Below, one piece after another: positions 1 through 12,394 of a stretch of DNA of 64,000 nt. The translations under genes were made by a program, and so were the position numbers. This DNA is from Azolla caroliniana (taxonomy: Eukaryota; Plantae; Polypodiophyta): contig JBHGNT010000002.1 in assembly GCA_043228905.1 (NCBI GenBank), forward strand, positions 10,416,001-10,480,000, read 5' to 3'. The notes below the pieces were generated by a model. The model made no database searches, was not told the DNA's origin, and worked only from the letters and a program-made list of their open reading frames with translations. Numbering within the stretch: the first letter of the stretch is position 1; each line of letters begins with the position of its first letter.

Positions 1-2672
1 TAGATTTTGAGAAGGCATATGACAGAGTTGATTGGGACTTCATGGAAGATTCATTTTTGAGATTAGGTTTTCCTGCTCAATGGATTAAGGTTGTGGCTTC
101 CTTGTATCGTGAGGCCTTTAGTTCAGTCTTGGTTGCCGGTGGACAAACTAGAAAATTTTCTATTTCGTGTTCTGTACGTCAAGGTTGTCCATTGGCCCCA
201 TTCCTGTTTTTGCTAGTAATGGAAACATTCTCAATGTTTTTTAATTCTTCTCAAGTTTCTCTGAAGGGTTTGCCTTTGCCTGCCATGCAACAACAACTGT
301 TGGATGCAGAATTTGCAGATAATATTGCAATTTATGGTCAAGGTAATGATGAAAATTTAAGTAAATTGCAAGAAGTAGTGGAGGAATTATGTTTGGCCCT
401 CTGGAGGAAAGATAAATTGGCATAAATCTCTTGGTTTTTGGGTATCACAAAATTCCTTGCCTACTTGGATGCCTTCACAGGAATTCAAGTGTGTTCCTAA
501 TGGAACCACTGCTCGTTACTTAGGCTGCCAAGTGGGACTTCATGTTACTGCAGATATGTTAGTTGCTCCTCTACTTGTAAAATTAAGGAGAAAATTGTTG
601 CTTTGGGATTCGGTTAACCTGTCACTTGCAGGTCGTGTACTTTTAGCTAACCAAATTCTTTTAGCTACTATTTGGTATATTGCTTCAACTACATTGTTTT
701 ATTAGATCTTGTATTTTACAGGTGCAACGCCTCATTCGTAATTACATTTGGGGAGGAAAAACAGGTCAAGGTAAAAGGCCTAAAGTAGCTTGGGCAGTAT
801 TGATTGCTTCGCGACAAAATGGTGGGTTGGGGTTGGTGGATCCAGAAGCACAATGTAAGGCTTTGCTTTCTAAATTTGTGTGTAGAGCTATGTTGCCAAT
901 GCAAGGTGTTTGGAGTTGGTTGATGATGCATAGGCTGTCTACTATGTGCCCGACAATAGGAGGAAAGTGGCAACCATCATTAAGATGGGGCTTTATTCAG
1001 AATTTTCATTTATTTAAAACAACCTTATCAGAAGATAGGTTTTTTAATGAAATTCTCACAAGTTGGTCAGTTGTTAAAAAGTTTCTAGTTCGGAAGGTGC
1101 CTTCGACAACGGATGACTTGTTGAGACAACCCTTGACCTGTAACTTTCTCTTTTCAGATTCAAGGGGTTTTCTGCTTGGTAGTCATGCTCGGTTGAATTG
1201 GGCTTTTGTGGATGCATCAATAGCAGGTAATGTTCTATCATGGGGATGCTATGTTATGAATCAACCCTTACAATCTCTGTGCAGGCTTTCAGTTTGAGGA
1301 AGTGCTATTATGTGCAATGATATGCAAGTGGCATTGGGACAATTTATGGCTTCATGGTCCCCCTCTAGCAATCAGATTTCGTTTGGTTATTTCTCTCCTT
1401 TAAAAGTTATTTTAGGAGATAAAGTAATTAACACTACGGGTGATGTAATATACTTTAATGTGGATGATGATGGTAGGTTGTGGCATGTATTTTCTGAATC
1501 AGATGTGTGGATGTTCGCCAATGTTTCAGCGATTTGAGTAGTTGCAAGATCTGGAAAAAAATGGTTCTTGGATCCACCCTTTCAAGAATGCTTACGGTGT
1601 TGTTCATTGTGGGTTTTTCAAAAAAAGCCGCTTTATAATTTGGATTGGGATCCAGCTGATTATCAATGGAGAAAACCGAATGCTAGTGGAAATGGTAAGC
1701 ATTTGGAGTTCTTCCAGTATTCAGTTAAGCTAGGTAGAAATTTATTATTGCAATCAAAGTATAAATGCCTTGCTGCCATGAAGCATTGGACTGCAAATAA
1801 TGTGAATGCATTGCAAAATACAAAATTTTGGAAATGGTTGTGGAGTATGTAGTTACCGAAAAAAGCGATTTGTTTTCGTTGGTTGTTGATGCATTATGCT
1901 CTTCCTATTGGTGATTGGTTGAGGTAAAATCAACAATATGCTTGTGGAATGCATTGTGGTGCATCTGTGGAATCTATTTTGCACTTGTTTTGGTTATGTC
2001 CCAAAATCAAGCAATTCTGGAGTAAGTTGTTTTTATTACTGAGTCAGCATTATTCTCGTTCTATTTTCTCGTGGGGTGTAGTATTATGGGGTGTCCTTCA
2101 TGAAGATGTTATGAAGTATGAAAGTATGCATGCTTCTCATGTCTTTCACTTTTCCAATGGGTACATCTATCTCACTTCATTTCCATCTTTCATTCCACGG
2201 TTTAGAACTAAAAATTTGGTTATTTGGCTACTATTATGTCATTAGCTCTTTAGACAATATGGAAAATGAGCTGTGAGGCTGTTTTTAATAATGCTCACAT
2301 ACATCTTAGTACTATGCTTATTGAATTCTGGATGTTATTTGTCCATACCATACGTGGGCAATATGATGATATGTAGGGTTCAACTAATGCTCAAAGGAAA
2401 CATCAAGTGAACTTTAAGAAATGGTGGCGAGGGCTTCACTTATTTTCAAACACAACTTCTGGTATGGAGTGGAATTATGTCATACCTTCTTTTTTATTGC
2501 ATAGCTTGTAGATTGTGCTCCATTCGTTTCTTATATGATATCATCTATTTGATCAAATGTTGGTAGTAGCTTTTGTCTTGCAATAGAGGAGAGATGAAAT
2601 GTCTCCTTCTGTTTTCTATATGTACATTTCTCAAGTAATATACTAAGGTGTATCATTCCTGAAAAAAAAAAA
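1..2672 (+). mobile_element. L1-type LINE, decayed ORF2 (RT, zf-RVT, C-terminus) ending in poly(A)
   Basis: RT motifs (DF..AYDRVDW at the window start, VRQGCPLAPFLF, FADN, RYLG, SLAGRVLLAN, NGGLGLVD), zinc finger HCGASVESILHLFWLCP at ~1949, A-run 2662-2672; many stops and frameshifts. Confidence 0.92.
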
Positions 2673-3933
2673 CACAATATCATCATCACCATCACCACTA
2701 CCTCTTAGACCTCCAACTCCACATAACACAATCACCATTACATCAAACACCCTTTATCACCTCTTAACCTTAGCATCACCATTCGACCCCTTCCTAATGC
2801 TTCCTCCCATTCCCAATGATTTCGTAAGGCCTTAACAACCTCCTCCCCTAGCATTGTTGGCCTTGGCTAGATCACCTCGTCCATACGAGATTGCACCCAA
2901 CCCTCCTTTTTCCCTAGCCAATTTTATCACATTGCACCACCAACAACATACTGAAGCTAATATGCTCTTGGTTAGGGTGGACATCATCGTGACCTACATT
3001 GTGACCCCTAACCTAGACACCCAAACATCCCCTCACTTCCTAATATTGTTTCAACTTCTCCTTTCTGCACCTACCTTCGACCTTCCATGCTTTTGACAAT
3101 ATCAACACCCCATTTGGATCCTTTCTTTAGATCTTAAACTCAACCTCCAAGGTAATTCACCATCCCACCCATCAATGGCTCGCAAGGAACTTGAAAGATA
3201 TTTTGCAACTCATCATACTCATGAAAGAGGTTCAATTTCCAGTTAAGTACTCGCGGTACGTAACATGATTCATGAAGACATCTACGTTGACATTGGTACT
3301 AACCTCAATAAAACATTAGACGTAAGAAGAATAGAAAAAAAATCCCTTCAAAGCTCAAGGATAAAGGGCCACCCCGATGGGAAAGGAACCAAACCTCATT
3401 TACTAAAATGCTCTTATGTTAATCAAAATGGGGTTAGACATTATTATACATTGTTTTTCTTTGTTCTTAGGACCTAATTAGTCTCTTGATCAAGGGTTTA
3501 TGTGAGGAAGTGTGAGTGAGAGAGTTAGCAATGTTAGGATTGCAGAACTAGAGGCTCAAGAGTGATTAACAAATCCTCTTGCCTCATTTTCTACCAATAT
3601 GGTATACAATTGTCTGAATCCTTTGGCTCACGACATCAAGGTAGAGGTAAAACTCCATCCATCAATACACATGCACTTGTGGTGTGCACCTTGAGACAAC
3701 ACAATTTCCCCCTCGAGATACAATGTCTCTTGTGTCCCTCGACATTTCGTCACTCCATAACACAATTTCGTCACTTCTTCCCCTCCTCCACCCTATAAAT
3801 TGTCGCCACCATACTCTCATACCTTCCCTACACCAACAACCCAACCCCTTCACCTCCTACTAAACTTAAACCATAAACCCTTCCACTCTCCCCCCAACCT
3901 TGATAATCTTTTCCTCTCTCCCTTGCTACTGCC

Positions 3934-4981
3934 TAGGAATCTGCAACGGCTCGGCTCAAGCCTAACCTAGCTGTTAAAACGGTTTAGTGGTATAGCGGCT
4001 CAGCTCGGTTAAGGATTGAGCCTGCTTAAATGGTTTGAGCTCGGCTCGGTTCAGCGCGACCCCTGCGAAACCGGCTCAAACCCGTTAAGCTGGTTAGGTC
4101 ATTTTAACTTTTTTTACAAAGGCTCGTTTAATAATTAGGTCATTTCTACTACGAGTTAGAAGTCTAGGGTTGATTGTTGACACAGACATTAGAGAGAGAG
4201 AGAGAAAGGGAGAGGGAGTGAAAGAAAGAGTTGGAGCTTGCACAATGCACAATGACGCCTTCTGTGAGCAAGTTGCAACGAGGACCTCCTTTTATCGAGC
4301 TCAAAACACCTCCTATAGCCTGCACGCCTTCTTATAACGAGGGATTAGATGGAGATTACTGATTAGGGATGACGATTTGAAGAAGATAAATATGTAGTAA
4401 CCAGGATTAGAAGAAGATTAGAGGTTTAGAATTAAGAGGAAGATTAGAGATTAAACGAACAAGAAAGTTAGTGATCACTGATTAAGAATTGGGATTACAA
4501 GAAGATTATGTAGAAAATGAAAGACAAAGAAAACGAGATAGAGACGGGACTGAAATTAATTATTATTTAAAAGAAATATATGTATTTATGTATGTACATA
4601 CATATTCAAATGGAGAAAGAAAAGCAGAACATTTTTTTAAAGATTTAATTAGTTAATAATGTGAAGTAGAGGGAAATTGGGCAGCATTTGAGGGATAAAA
4701 ACAAGCCAAAAAAACAAATAAATACGTATATCGATTAATTAATTCATATTTTTTTAATTAATAATCTGGTAGGAATGGAAGGGATGAGAAAAAAATAAAA
4801 AGAAAAAGAAAACAAAAGGGAGATGGAAGAGAAAGTGGAAACCAGAATTTAATGGTGGTTTAGGCCAAACCGGATTTAGTTACCTCTAGGTTTGAGAACA
4901 CCCAAACTAGTTTTGGCTTAACCATTTTGGCTTGGATAAGACAAACGGGTTAATCCTAAACCGAACCGTTGCCGATTCTTG
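3934..4981. mobile_element. Non-autonomous TIR element (hAT-like MITE)
   Basis: Left end TAGGAATCTGCAACGGCTCGGCTCAAG; reverse complement of right end CAAGAATCGGCAACGGTTCGGTTTAGG; subterminal GCTCGG/AACCG motifs; AT-rich non-coding interior; 8-bp flanks match only partly (CTACTGCC/CTTCTACG). Confidence 0.65.
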
Positions 4982-4991
4982 CTTCTACGAC

Positions 4992-5067
4992 CTTCTTTGC
5001 CCCAACAAACCAGGCTCCACATGGTGCAATCTTCTTTGCCCCAACAAACCAGGCTCAACATGGTGCA
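4992..5067. repeat. Two-copy tandem duplication, period 39 bp
   Basis: CTTCTTTGCCCCAACAAACCAGGCTC(C/A)ACATGGTGCA twice. Confidence 0.9.
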
Positions 5068-5689
5068 CCCAAGAGTGTGGACTCATTAGGTTGGTTGGTT
5101 AAGTACTAGTTATATGTGGTACGACCCATGAAGACATAGGTATTGCAACTAAAGACCAAGTGTGAGATAAAAAAAGGGGAACATAACAAAGTAGCTCTAG
5201 TTCTTTAAGCCTAATGCTAGACCTTTACCTCTCTCTCCACCTTTACCTCTCTTGCTTTACATGAGATTAGCTTTAAGCGGTCACGTGAAGCCAAGTGCTA
5301 ATCTCCTCATGTGTGTGTGTGTGTGGATTTTTGATTGATTGAAGCGTGGTTAACATGCTTATGTGCATTTTTAAATGTTATTAATTATAAGTTAATGCAT
5401 AGGCCCTAGTTGAGGTTTTGGTTCGTTATTGGTTAAGAAACCCCAAAAGAGAAGTGAAAGAGCTCATACAAATAATTGTATACATGTAGTCACTCATGAG
5501 TATGTAATGGCCACTCATGTACATTTCAACAGCGAAAGGGTATATGATGATCCATCCCCGACATGCATTCCCCCAAGGAGAGAGAACTTCGACTGAAAGG
5601 AAAATGTGCACTGAACACATCACAACACATCTTGAGATGACACACCCATTAAGTTAGCAATGTAGTACACCTAAGGATAACAATCGAAA

Positions 5690-5791
5690 ATGGTTCTGTT
5701 CGGTTCGGTTTGAGAGGGTCCAAACCGAACCATTAAAAATGGTTGAAACCTGAACCAAACCGAATCACGAAACTGCTAAACCGAACCGAAC
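5690..5791. repeat. AACCG/CGGTT motif cluster, probable end of a hAT-like element
   Basis: GTTCGGTTCGGTTT and AAACCGAACC repeats in both orientations, fused directly to a Copia fragment. Confidence 0.5.
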
Positions 5792-7695
5792 CTCTTGTGC
5801 CACAACTCACCGATAGTGTCGGATAACACGTTCACTTCTTCCCGACATATTCGGGCATGCATTAGGTACAATGTGTTGATCTTCCGGGATCGGGCCGTGA
5901 TCAGGCTTCCTTTGCTGAACTTCATGACTCCGTTCCAGATGCTACCCATGTAGCCTTCATCATCCAGCCGATCGGCTGATATTAGGTTCAACCAAACCTC
6001 CAGAACGTGTCAGACATCTTTCAGCAGCAACTTGCACCCGGTTGACGTCGTCAGGCATACTTGTCCTATGCTGACAATCTGTCATGCACTTTCATTCCCC
6101 ATCCTCAAAGAGCCGTGGTCCCCGGATTTGTAGGATGTGAAGCAATTCCGGTCGGGAGTGAGATGGAATGATGCTCCGGAGTCGACCACCCATGTCTTTT
6201 CGTCAGTGATGAGGTGCAGCTCACTCTCCTTGGTGATTAGCAGCAGTTCTTCCTCACTTGTCGCAATTGCAGACGTTCCTTTTCGATCTGAATTCTTCTG
6301 GTTCGAATTTTTGTTCTAGTCGGCATTGTCGGCCCCTTTCTCTTTCCGGTAATGTCAACAGTTCTTCTAGAAATGCCCTGGCTTTCCACAATAGAAGCAT
6401 GTGGGCCTCCCGCTTGACTTCGACCTTGTCCCCGACTTTTCTCGGTTTTGGGGACTCTGTTTCCGACCTCTCCCTCATTGTGCGTCGGTTTCAGTAACTA
6501 AGGCTTTTGAATCGGAGATCACTTCCTTGTCTTTCCGACAAGCCTCTTCGTCCAACAAGCTTGATTTTACCCTTGCTAGGGATAGGTGTTTCTCTTCTGG
6601 CCCGGCGTTGCCCAAAGTGACAACCAACGTCTCTCAACTATCTGGGAGGGAGTAGAGCAACAACAACGCGAGTACCTCATTAGCTAAAGGTACGTCCAAC
6701 GAGGTTGTTTGATTTATGAGCCCTTGGAAGGCATTCATGTGCTCCAACATATTGAAGCCATCTTGATATCTGAGTCTCACTAACTTCTGGAATACTGAGA
6801 CTCGATTTACGACATTCTTGTTCTGAAACATGATACCTATCTTCTCTCAGAGTTCATGAGCCTTACTCTCTTCATTGAAGTTGTTGTACATGCTCATGTT
6901 GATGAAGCATCGGATGTAGGCTGTTGTCTTCATGTGCATTACCTCCCACGTCGGAGCATCTATCTTGTCTAGTCTTGCATCTCCGAACTGTACCGGCAAC
7001 CAGAGATCTTTAACCACCAACATGTCCCTCATCTTCGACTTCCACACTGAGTAGTTGGAGCCGGTGAGCTTGAACATACCACTGAATGGAACTTCCATGC
7101 TCTGATACCAGATTGTTCGAAATACTGTTTGGCCACAACCGATTTCTATAATGTAAATGGAAGATTGAACAGAAATTAACAATGCACTTCTCAAGATGGA
7201 GAGATGACATCAAATGTTAACGTGTAAACCCTAACTAGGAAAAAAACCATGGGAGTTCACCAAACTCCAAACAAGATCATTATTGGTAAGAGGTATTACA
7301 ATATGAGACTCTGAGGCAACAACCTCTTTCTCTGTATCTTCGCCAACCGGCGGTTACAACAGAACATGCTTTGTGTTCCTCTCACTCACTCACTCACTCT
7401 CTCACTCTCTCTCTCTCTATGCTACGACCACAATAACAACAACCTGAATAAATACACATTTGCCGTAGTTATATTTATACTCATATAACTTACGGGCTAT
7501 TTACAAATGTGGCCTTTACGGCCCCTAAGAAACATATTTACATATCTGTCACTCACTTCCGGTTCATACCGGATCCAGTCAGACCCCTTCTAGTTCCCTC
7601 TGGTCTGGCTTCCGGACATCCTTCCGGTCACTCCAATAATTGTCATTCTTCTCTGGCTTCTCCGATCCCCATCCGGAGGGACCAATATCTCAACA
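5790..7695 (-). mobile_element. Ty1/Copia 5' half (5' LTR 7114-7695, PBS, gag, protease, GAG-pre-integrase)
   Basis: LTR TG..CA; gag MEVPFSGMFKLTGSNYSVWKSKMRDML; protease WVVDSGASFH at ~6190; ends at ELWHKR. Confidence 0.9.
7099..7110 (-). promoter_or_regulatory. PBS, tRNA-iMet
   Basis: TGGTATCAGAGC 3 nt inside the LTR on the minus strand. Confidence 0.9.
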
Positions 7696-7859
7696 ATCAT
7701 CTAGTTCACATGTAGTATCTAATGGGCTATCGAATGTGGACTTGCTTGTCACATATGGGAATATTAATAAAATATATGTGCACTATAAATGCATGTGTTA
7801 CTAAAGGTGTTGGATAAAATGTCCTATTCTTCAATTCTTTTTCTTCAAATGTGCAAAAA

Positions 7860-8126
7860 TCAGACCCAAATATTGGGGGAGTGTGTAGAGTCTATGTGTT
7901 GTTGGAATTATGAAAGTATGGCAAGAAATAAAAAAAGGGATCACATGTAGGTGGAGAAATTATGCATATGCTCAGATGTACATGCCAATTGTGTGGAACC
8001 CATTGATTAGAGATGTGAATGGGTTGATGATAGGACAAAAAGCAGGTTTCAAATGGGCTGACTTAATCAATGCCCAAAGGAATGCATTAGTGGAGTGGAA
8101 GAGGTTTTTATCCAATGAGGTTTTCC
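7860..8126 (+). mobile_element. LINE ORF2 fragment
   Basis: IMKVWQEIKK..MPIVWNPLIRDVNGLMIG resembles the post-RT segment of the LINE at ~1050-1200. Confidence 0.55.
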
Positions 8127-8290
8127 TGTTCGTGTGTAGAAATCAAGAAGTAGTAAACAGACAAAAAAACGTGCAGACACAGGGACGCCAATGTTTTACG
8201 TGGAAAACCCAAAATGGGAAAAACCACATACAATCCATGTTTGGGATCAAAACCTCATACTAAGAAGAAAAAACTTACATATTGAAATTC
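8127..8290 (-). repeat. Copia LTR (U5) fragment
   Basis: Starts TGTTC; ATGTTTTACGTGGAAAACCC..TGGGAAAAAACCAC is shared with the solo LTR at ~31202-31240. Confidence 0.6.
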
Positions 8291-8922
8291 ACTTGATGAA
8301 AAATTAGAAAGATGAAAACATATGTTGGCTTTCTCTCTCTTATGACAAAGTCGACAGAAGAAACATTCAAACCTAAAAAAATTGGAAAGGAGAGCAGTAA
8401 CTCCAACAATCCGGAAAGAAAGCCATCAACTTCCAATAATCCAAGTATGTTCTTGAATTATTTGAATTCCGTTAGTTCTATTGAATTATAAAAAAATATT
8501 CTTGGACCACACAATTTACTTAAAACTTATGGGGCTATCCACAATCAAAGTGTAACTATACTATTTGAATGTGGTAGTACTCATAATTTTCTTGACTGTA
8601 ATATGGTGTAGATGTTACGAATAAAAACAACCAAAAGTGACCACGACTACAAAGTCCTTACTGCGGGAGGCCATGTCCAAAGGCATTCATTAATTGCACA
8701 TGGTGTACCCCTAGTAATAAATAACTACATTGAAAAGTTGACTTTTCATGTAATGTATTTACGAACAGTAGAGTAGTTCTTGGTTACATATGGTTTTATA
8801 ATATAGACATACTCTTTATATCGATTGGCTGAATCATACTATTTCTTTTGAAGGAAATAACAACCAACAAGTTTTTATTCATGGGATTGCGATAAACAAT
8901 TTAATGTCTTTTAATCATCTTT

Positions 8923-9993
8923 ATGCTTATGATGGAAACGTTGATGAACAATTTTTATGCGTGTATATTAGAGCCCAATGATCCTTTGTATCAATTTGTA
9001 CATAAGAGTTCATTGGATGATTTTGAGAAAGATGCTCTACGTGACATCTTGTCGCATTTTAGGGAGATATTCCCGGATAAGCTACCTCAAGGACTACCTC
9101 CTTGGTCTATAGATCATAAGATAAACTTGGTTCCAGGCGCTAAACCTGTGAGCATACCCCCTTATCGGTTGAGTCAAACCGAAGAGGATGAAATTGCCCG
9201 ACAAATCAAGGAGTACTTGAGGATGGGACACATCCGGTACAACAAATTGCCATGGGGAGCTCCCGTCATCTTAGCCAAGAAGAAGGATGGAACTTGGCGA
9301 ATGTGTGTAAATTACAAGGGTTTGAATAAACTCACCATTTGCAATTCCTACCCTTTGCCTCGTTCTGATGACTTGATAGATAGACTCCAAAGTGCAAGAT
9401 ATTTTACTAAGATAAACTTGCGCACTGGCTATCATCAGATCAGGGTTTCGGAAGAAGATGTTTCCAAAACAGCTTTCCGAACTCATTATGGTCATTATGA
9501 ATTTCAAGTTCTACCATTTGGGTTGACTGATGCTCTAGCTACATTCCAGCAATTGATGAATGATATATTCAGAGATCAACTTGGTGATTTCGTCGTTGTA
9601 TTCCTTGATGACATCATGGTATATAGTAATACATTTGTGGATGATGTGCGTCATGTCCGAATAGTTTTGGACAAGCTTCGTGAATACAAAGTATTTGCCA
9701 AACTATCTAAATGTGATTTCTTTCAAAAGGAAATTACATATCTTGGACACCACATATCTAGGTCGGGTGTGTCTATCGATAAATCTAAGATAGAAGCGGT
9801 AATAAATTGGCCACGACCTTCAAATGTTAAGGAGTTACGATCTTTCTTAGGATTTGTTGGATTCCTAAGAAGATCTTTTCAAAACTATTCATCCTACACT
9901 GCACCATTTACGGACCTATTGAAGGGATTACAAGAAAGTCCACTGAACGTATTGAGTGGAAGGCCTCTCTTGAAGAAACCTTCAATAAGTTGA
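8923..9993 (+). pseudogene. Gypsy reverse transcriptase
   Basis: KKKDGTWRMCVNYKGLN, YFTKINLRTGYHQI, LPFGL, VVVFLDDIMVYS, YLGH. Confidence 0.92.
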
Positions 9994-11757
9994 AGTCATT
10001 AATTGTGAATGCACCTACTTTAGCTATACTTGATCCTAATCAAACATTTGAAGTTGAGACAAATGCAAGTGTTTATGCTATTGGGGCTGCATTATTTCAA
10101 ATTGGGAGACCAATCGCTTTTTAAAGCAAAAAATTGGATTCGGCCCAAAGAAATTATTCGGTTCAAAAAAAAAGAATTATTTGCTATCATTTATGCCTTA
10201 AAGAAATGACGACATTATTTGCATGGTAGTAAATTCACTATTTTAACGGACCACAAATCCTTGCAATACTTCCTCTCTCAAAAGAATTTTGAGGGTCGAA
10301 AGGCAAGATGGGCAGAGTTGATGCAAGACTTTGATTTCGAAATTAGATATCGAAAAGGGGCTTTGAATTCTGTTGCAAATGCCCTGAGTTGTATCCTAGA
10401 AATTAATGCCCTAAGTTTCGTGGAATTTAACAATGACTTATTTGATTTGATTCGGGGTAAACAAAAATACCTTGATGACAAAAACATTTTCCAAGTTCTA
10501 GAAGAGAGTTGAAACATGTATTGACATTGATTATGGAACCACATCTACCCCGAAGAACCTTTACTATGTTGCGAATGGGTTATTGTACCGCAATGGTAAG
10601 GTTTGCATACCACACATATAGGACATCAAGAATAACATTATGTATGAATGTCACGATGCCCCTTCTGCTGGACATCTAGGTGTGCAAAGAACATTAGCTT
10701 TGATTAAAGCTAGGTTTTTCTGGCAAAAAATGAAACCTGAAGTAGAGTCCTATGTTATTTGTTGTCCACAATGTTAGGTCATTAAGGCCGAGCGATAGAA
10801 AAAAGTTGGCTTATTGCAACCTCTCGATATTCCAGCTGAAAAGTGGCAAAGTATATCCATGGATTTCATAGTTGGATTACCTCGTTTCGTTGAGGGAAAT
10901 AATGCCATTTGGGTGGTTGTTGATCGGCTTACCAAGATGGCAAGATTCATTCCAACAAAATACACAATTAATACAAAGCAATTGGCTATTAAGTTTACTA
11001 AACATCTTTATAGCTTATATGGTCTATCGATGGAGATTGTAAGTGATCAACACTCCAAGTTTACAAGTAAAATGGATTAAAAGTTATGTAGAAATTGCAA
11101 ACAACTTTGAGTCTTAGTTTTTTTGATCATCCTCAATTAGATGGGCAGACTGAGAGAGTGAATTAGATATTAGAGGATATGTTGAGAGATTATGTAGCGC
11201 CAAAACCCTCTTTATGGGAGGCTTACCTTCCTATGGTGGAATTTGCCTACAATAGCGCTAAGCATACATCAACAAAATACAGTCCGTTCATGTTGATGTA
11301 TGGTTATATGCCACGTCCTCCTATTGATGTTTCATTTGATTCGCATACTTTGGATAGTACAAAGCATTTTCTCTCTGATATTCTTGAAGCACGTAAATTG
11401 GCTAAAGAAAACCTTAGGATGGCACGGGACAGAAATGTCTTTTATGTGAATCATGATAGAAAACCAAGGGAATTCCACGTAGGACAACAAGTTTTTCTAC
11501 GGGTTCGTAAGGACTCAGAAACGTTATGGTTCTACATTGAGAACAGGACAATGTGCAAAATTAGCTCCACGGTACTGTGGACCATATAAAGTTTTAAAAC
11601 GGCTAGGTCCCAATACTTATCGTTTGGATTTTCCTTCCAACGTTATGGTTCATCCCGTATTCCATGTGAGTCAATTAAAGGAGGCTATTGGTTATGATGA
11701 TAATGTTGTATCACCGTCTAATTTATCGACATTGGAGGATGATCGTTTTTCTCCACA

Positions 11758-11895
11758 TGAACCTGAGAAAATCCTCGATCATAGGTCTAGAAACCTAAGG
11801 TCAAAAGTTGTTCATCGTTATAAGGTTAAGTGAAAGGATAGATTGGAAGAAGACAACACATGGGAAACTAAAGAGACATTACGCAAACATTTTCC
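11758..11895 (+). pseudogene. Integrase C-terminal chromodomain
   Basis: EPEKILDHR..RYKVK*KDRLEEDNTWETKETLRKHFP (VKW tryptophan mutated to a stop). Confidence 0.8.
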
Positions 11896-11960
11896 TAACT
11901 TCCCATTGCAAGAGTGCAATTAAACGGAGGGGGGGAATATGTATGTTCGTTGGTTTAGAC

Positions 11961-12082
11961 GTGCTTATTAGGGGGCTATCATATTGTAATATCTAAGTCG
12001 TCGGCTTTATTGGACTGACCTATGCTTATTAGGGGGCTATCATACTTTAATATCTTAGTCGTCAGCTTTATTGGACTGATCT
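11961..12082. repeat. 61-bp tandem repeat (2 copies) in LTR U3
   Basis: TGCTTATTAGGGGGCTATCATA..GCTTTATTGGACTGA twice. Confidence 0.85.
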
Positions 12083-12394
12083 AATGTGTGTCATAGGGTA
12101 CCCCACACATGATTGGTCAGGTAGGTGTCATTACATGGCCTAGGTCTTATAAATAGGGCATACTCTCCTTAGTCAAGGGGGGCCCCATGAGTGGTTCTGA
12201 CGAAGCTCTCTTTAATGTGGACTAGTCATCTACCAAGGTCCTGATGTGGAGATCATGGTTAGTATGGGACAGATCGGGATTCCTCATCTGTGCTGTCGAC
12301 TCTGGTGCGGAGGCGGATGGGTGGTAACGCATATTTTCAGTATGCTTGTGTCATTTATGTCTTTATTTTAGGATTAATGATCTTGGTTATTACA

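Larger units (their letters stand above)
8480..12394 (+). mobile_element. Chromodomain-bearing Ty3/Gypsy (chromovirus-like): PR-RT-RH-INT-chromodomain, PPT, 3' LTR 11940-12394
   Basis: Protease LFECGSTHNF ~8560; RT ORF 8923-9993; RNase H ~10020-10400; integrase ~10650-11700; PPT GGAGGGGGGAA ~11926-11938; LTR TGTA..TTACA. Confidence 0.9.

Noticed and set aside
2673-3930. C/A-rich stretch with short ORFs and a CAT/CAC run
   Set aside because: No recognisable domain or termini; probably decayed TE, left unannotated
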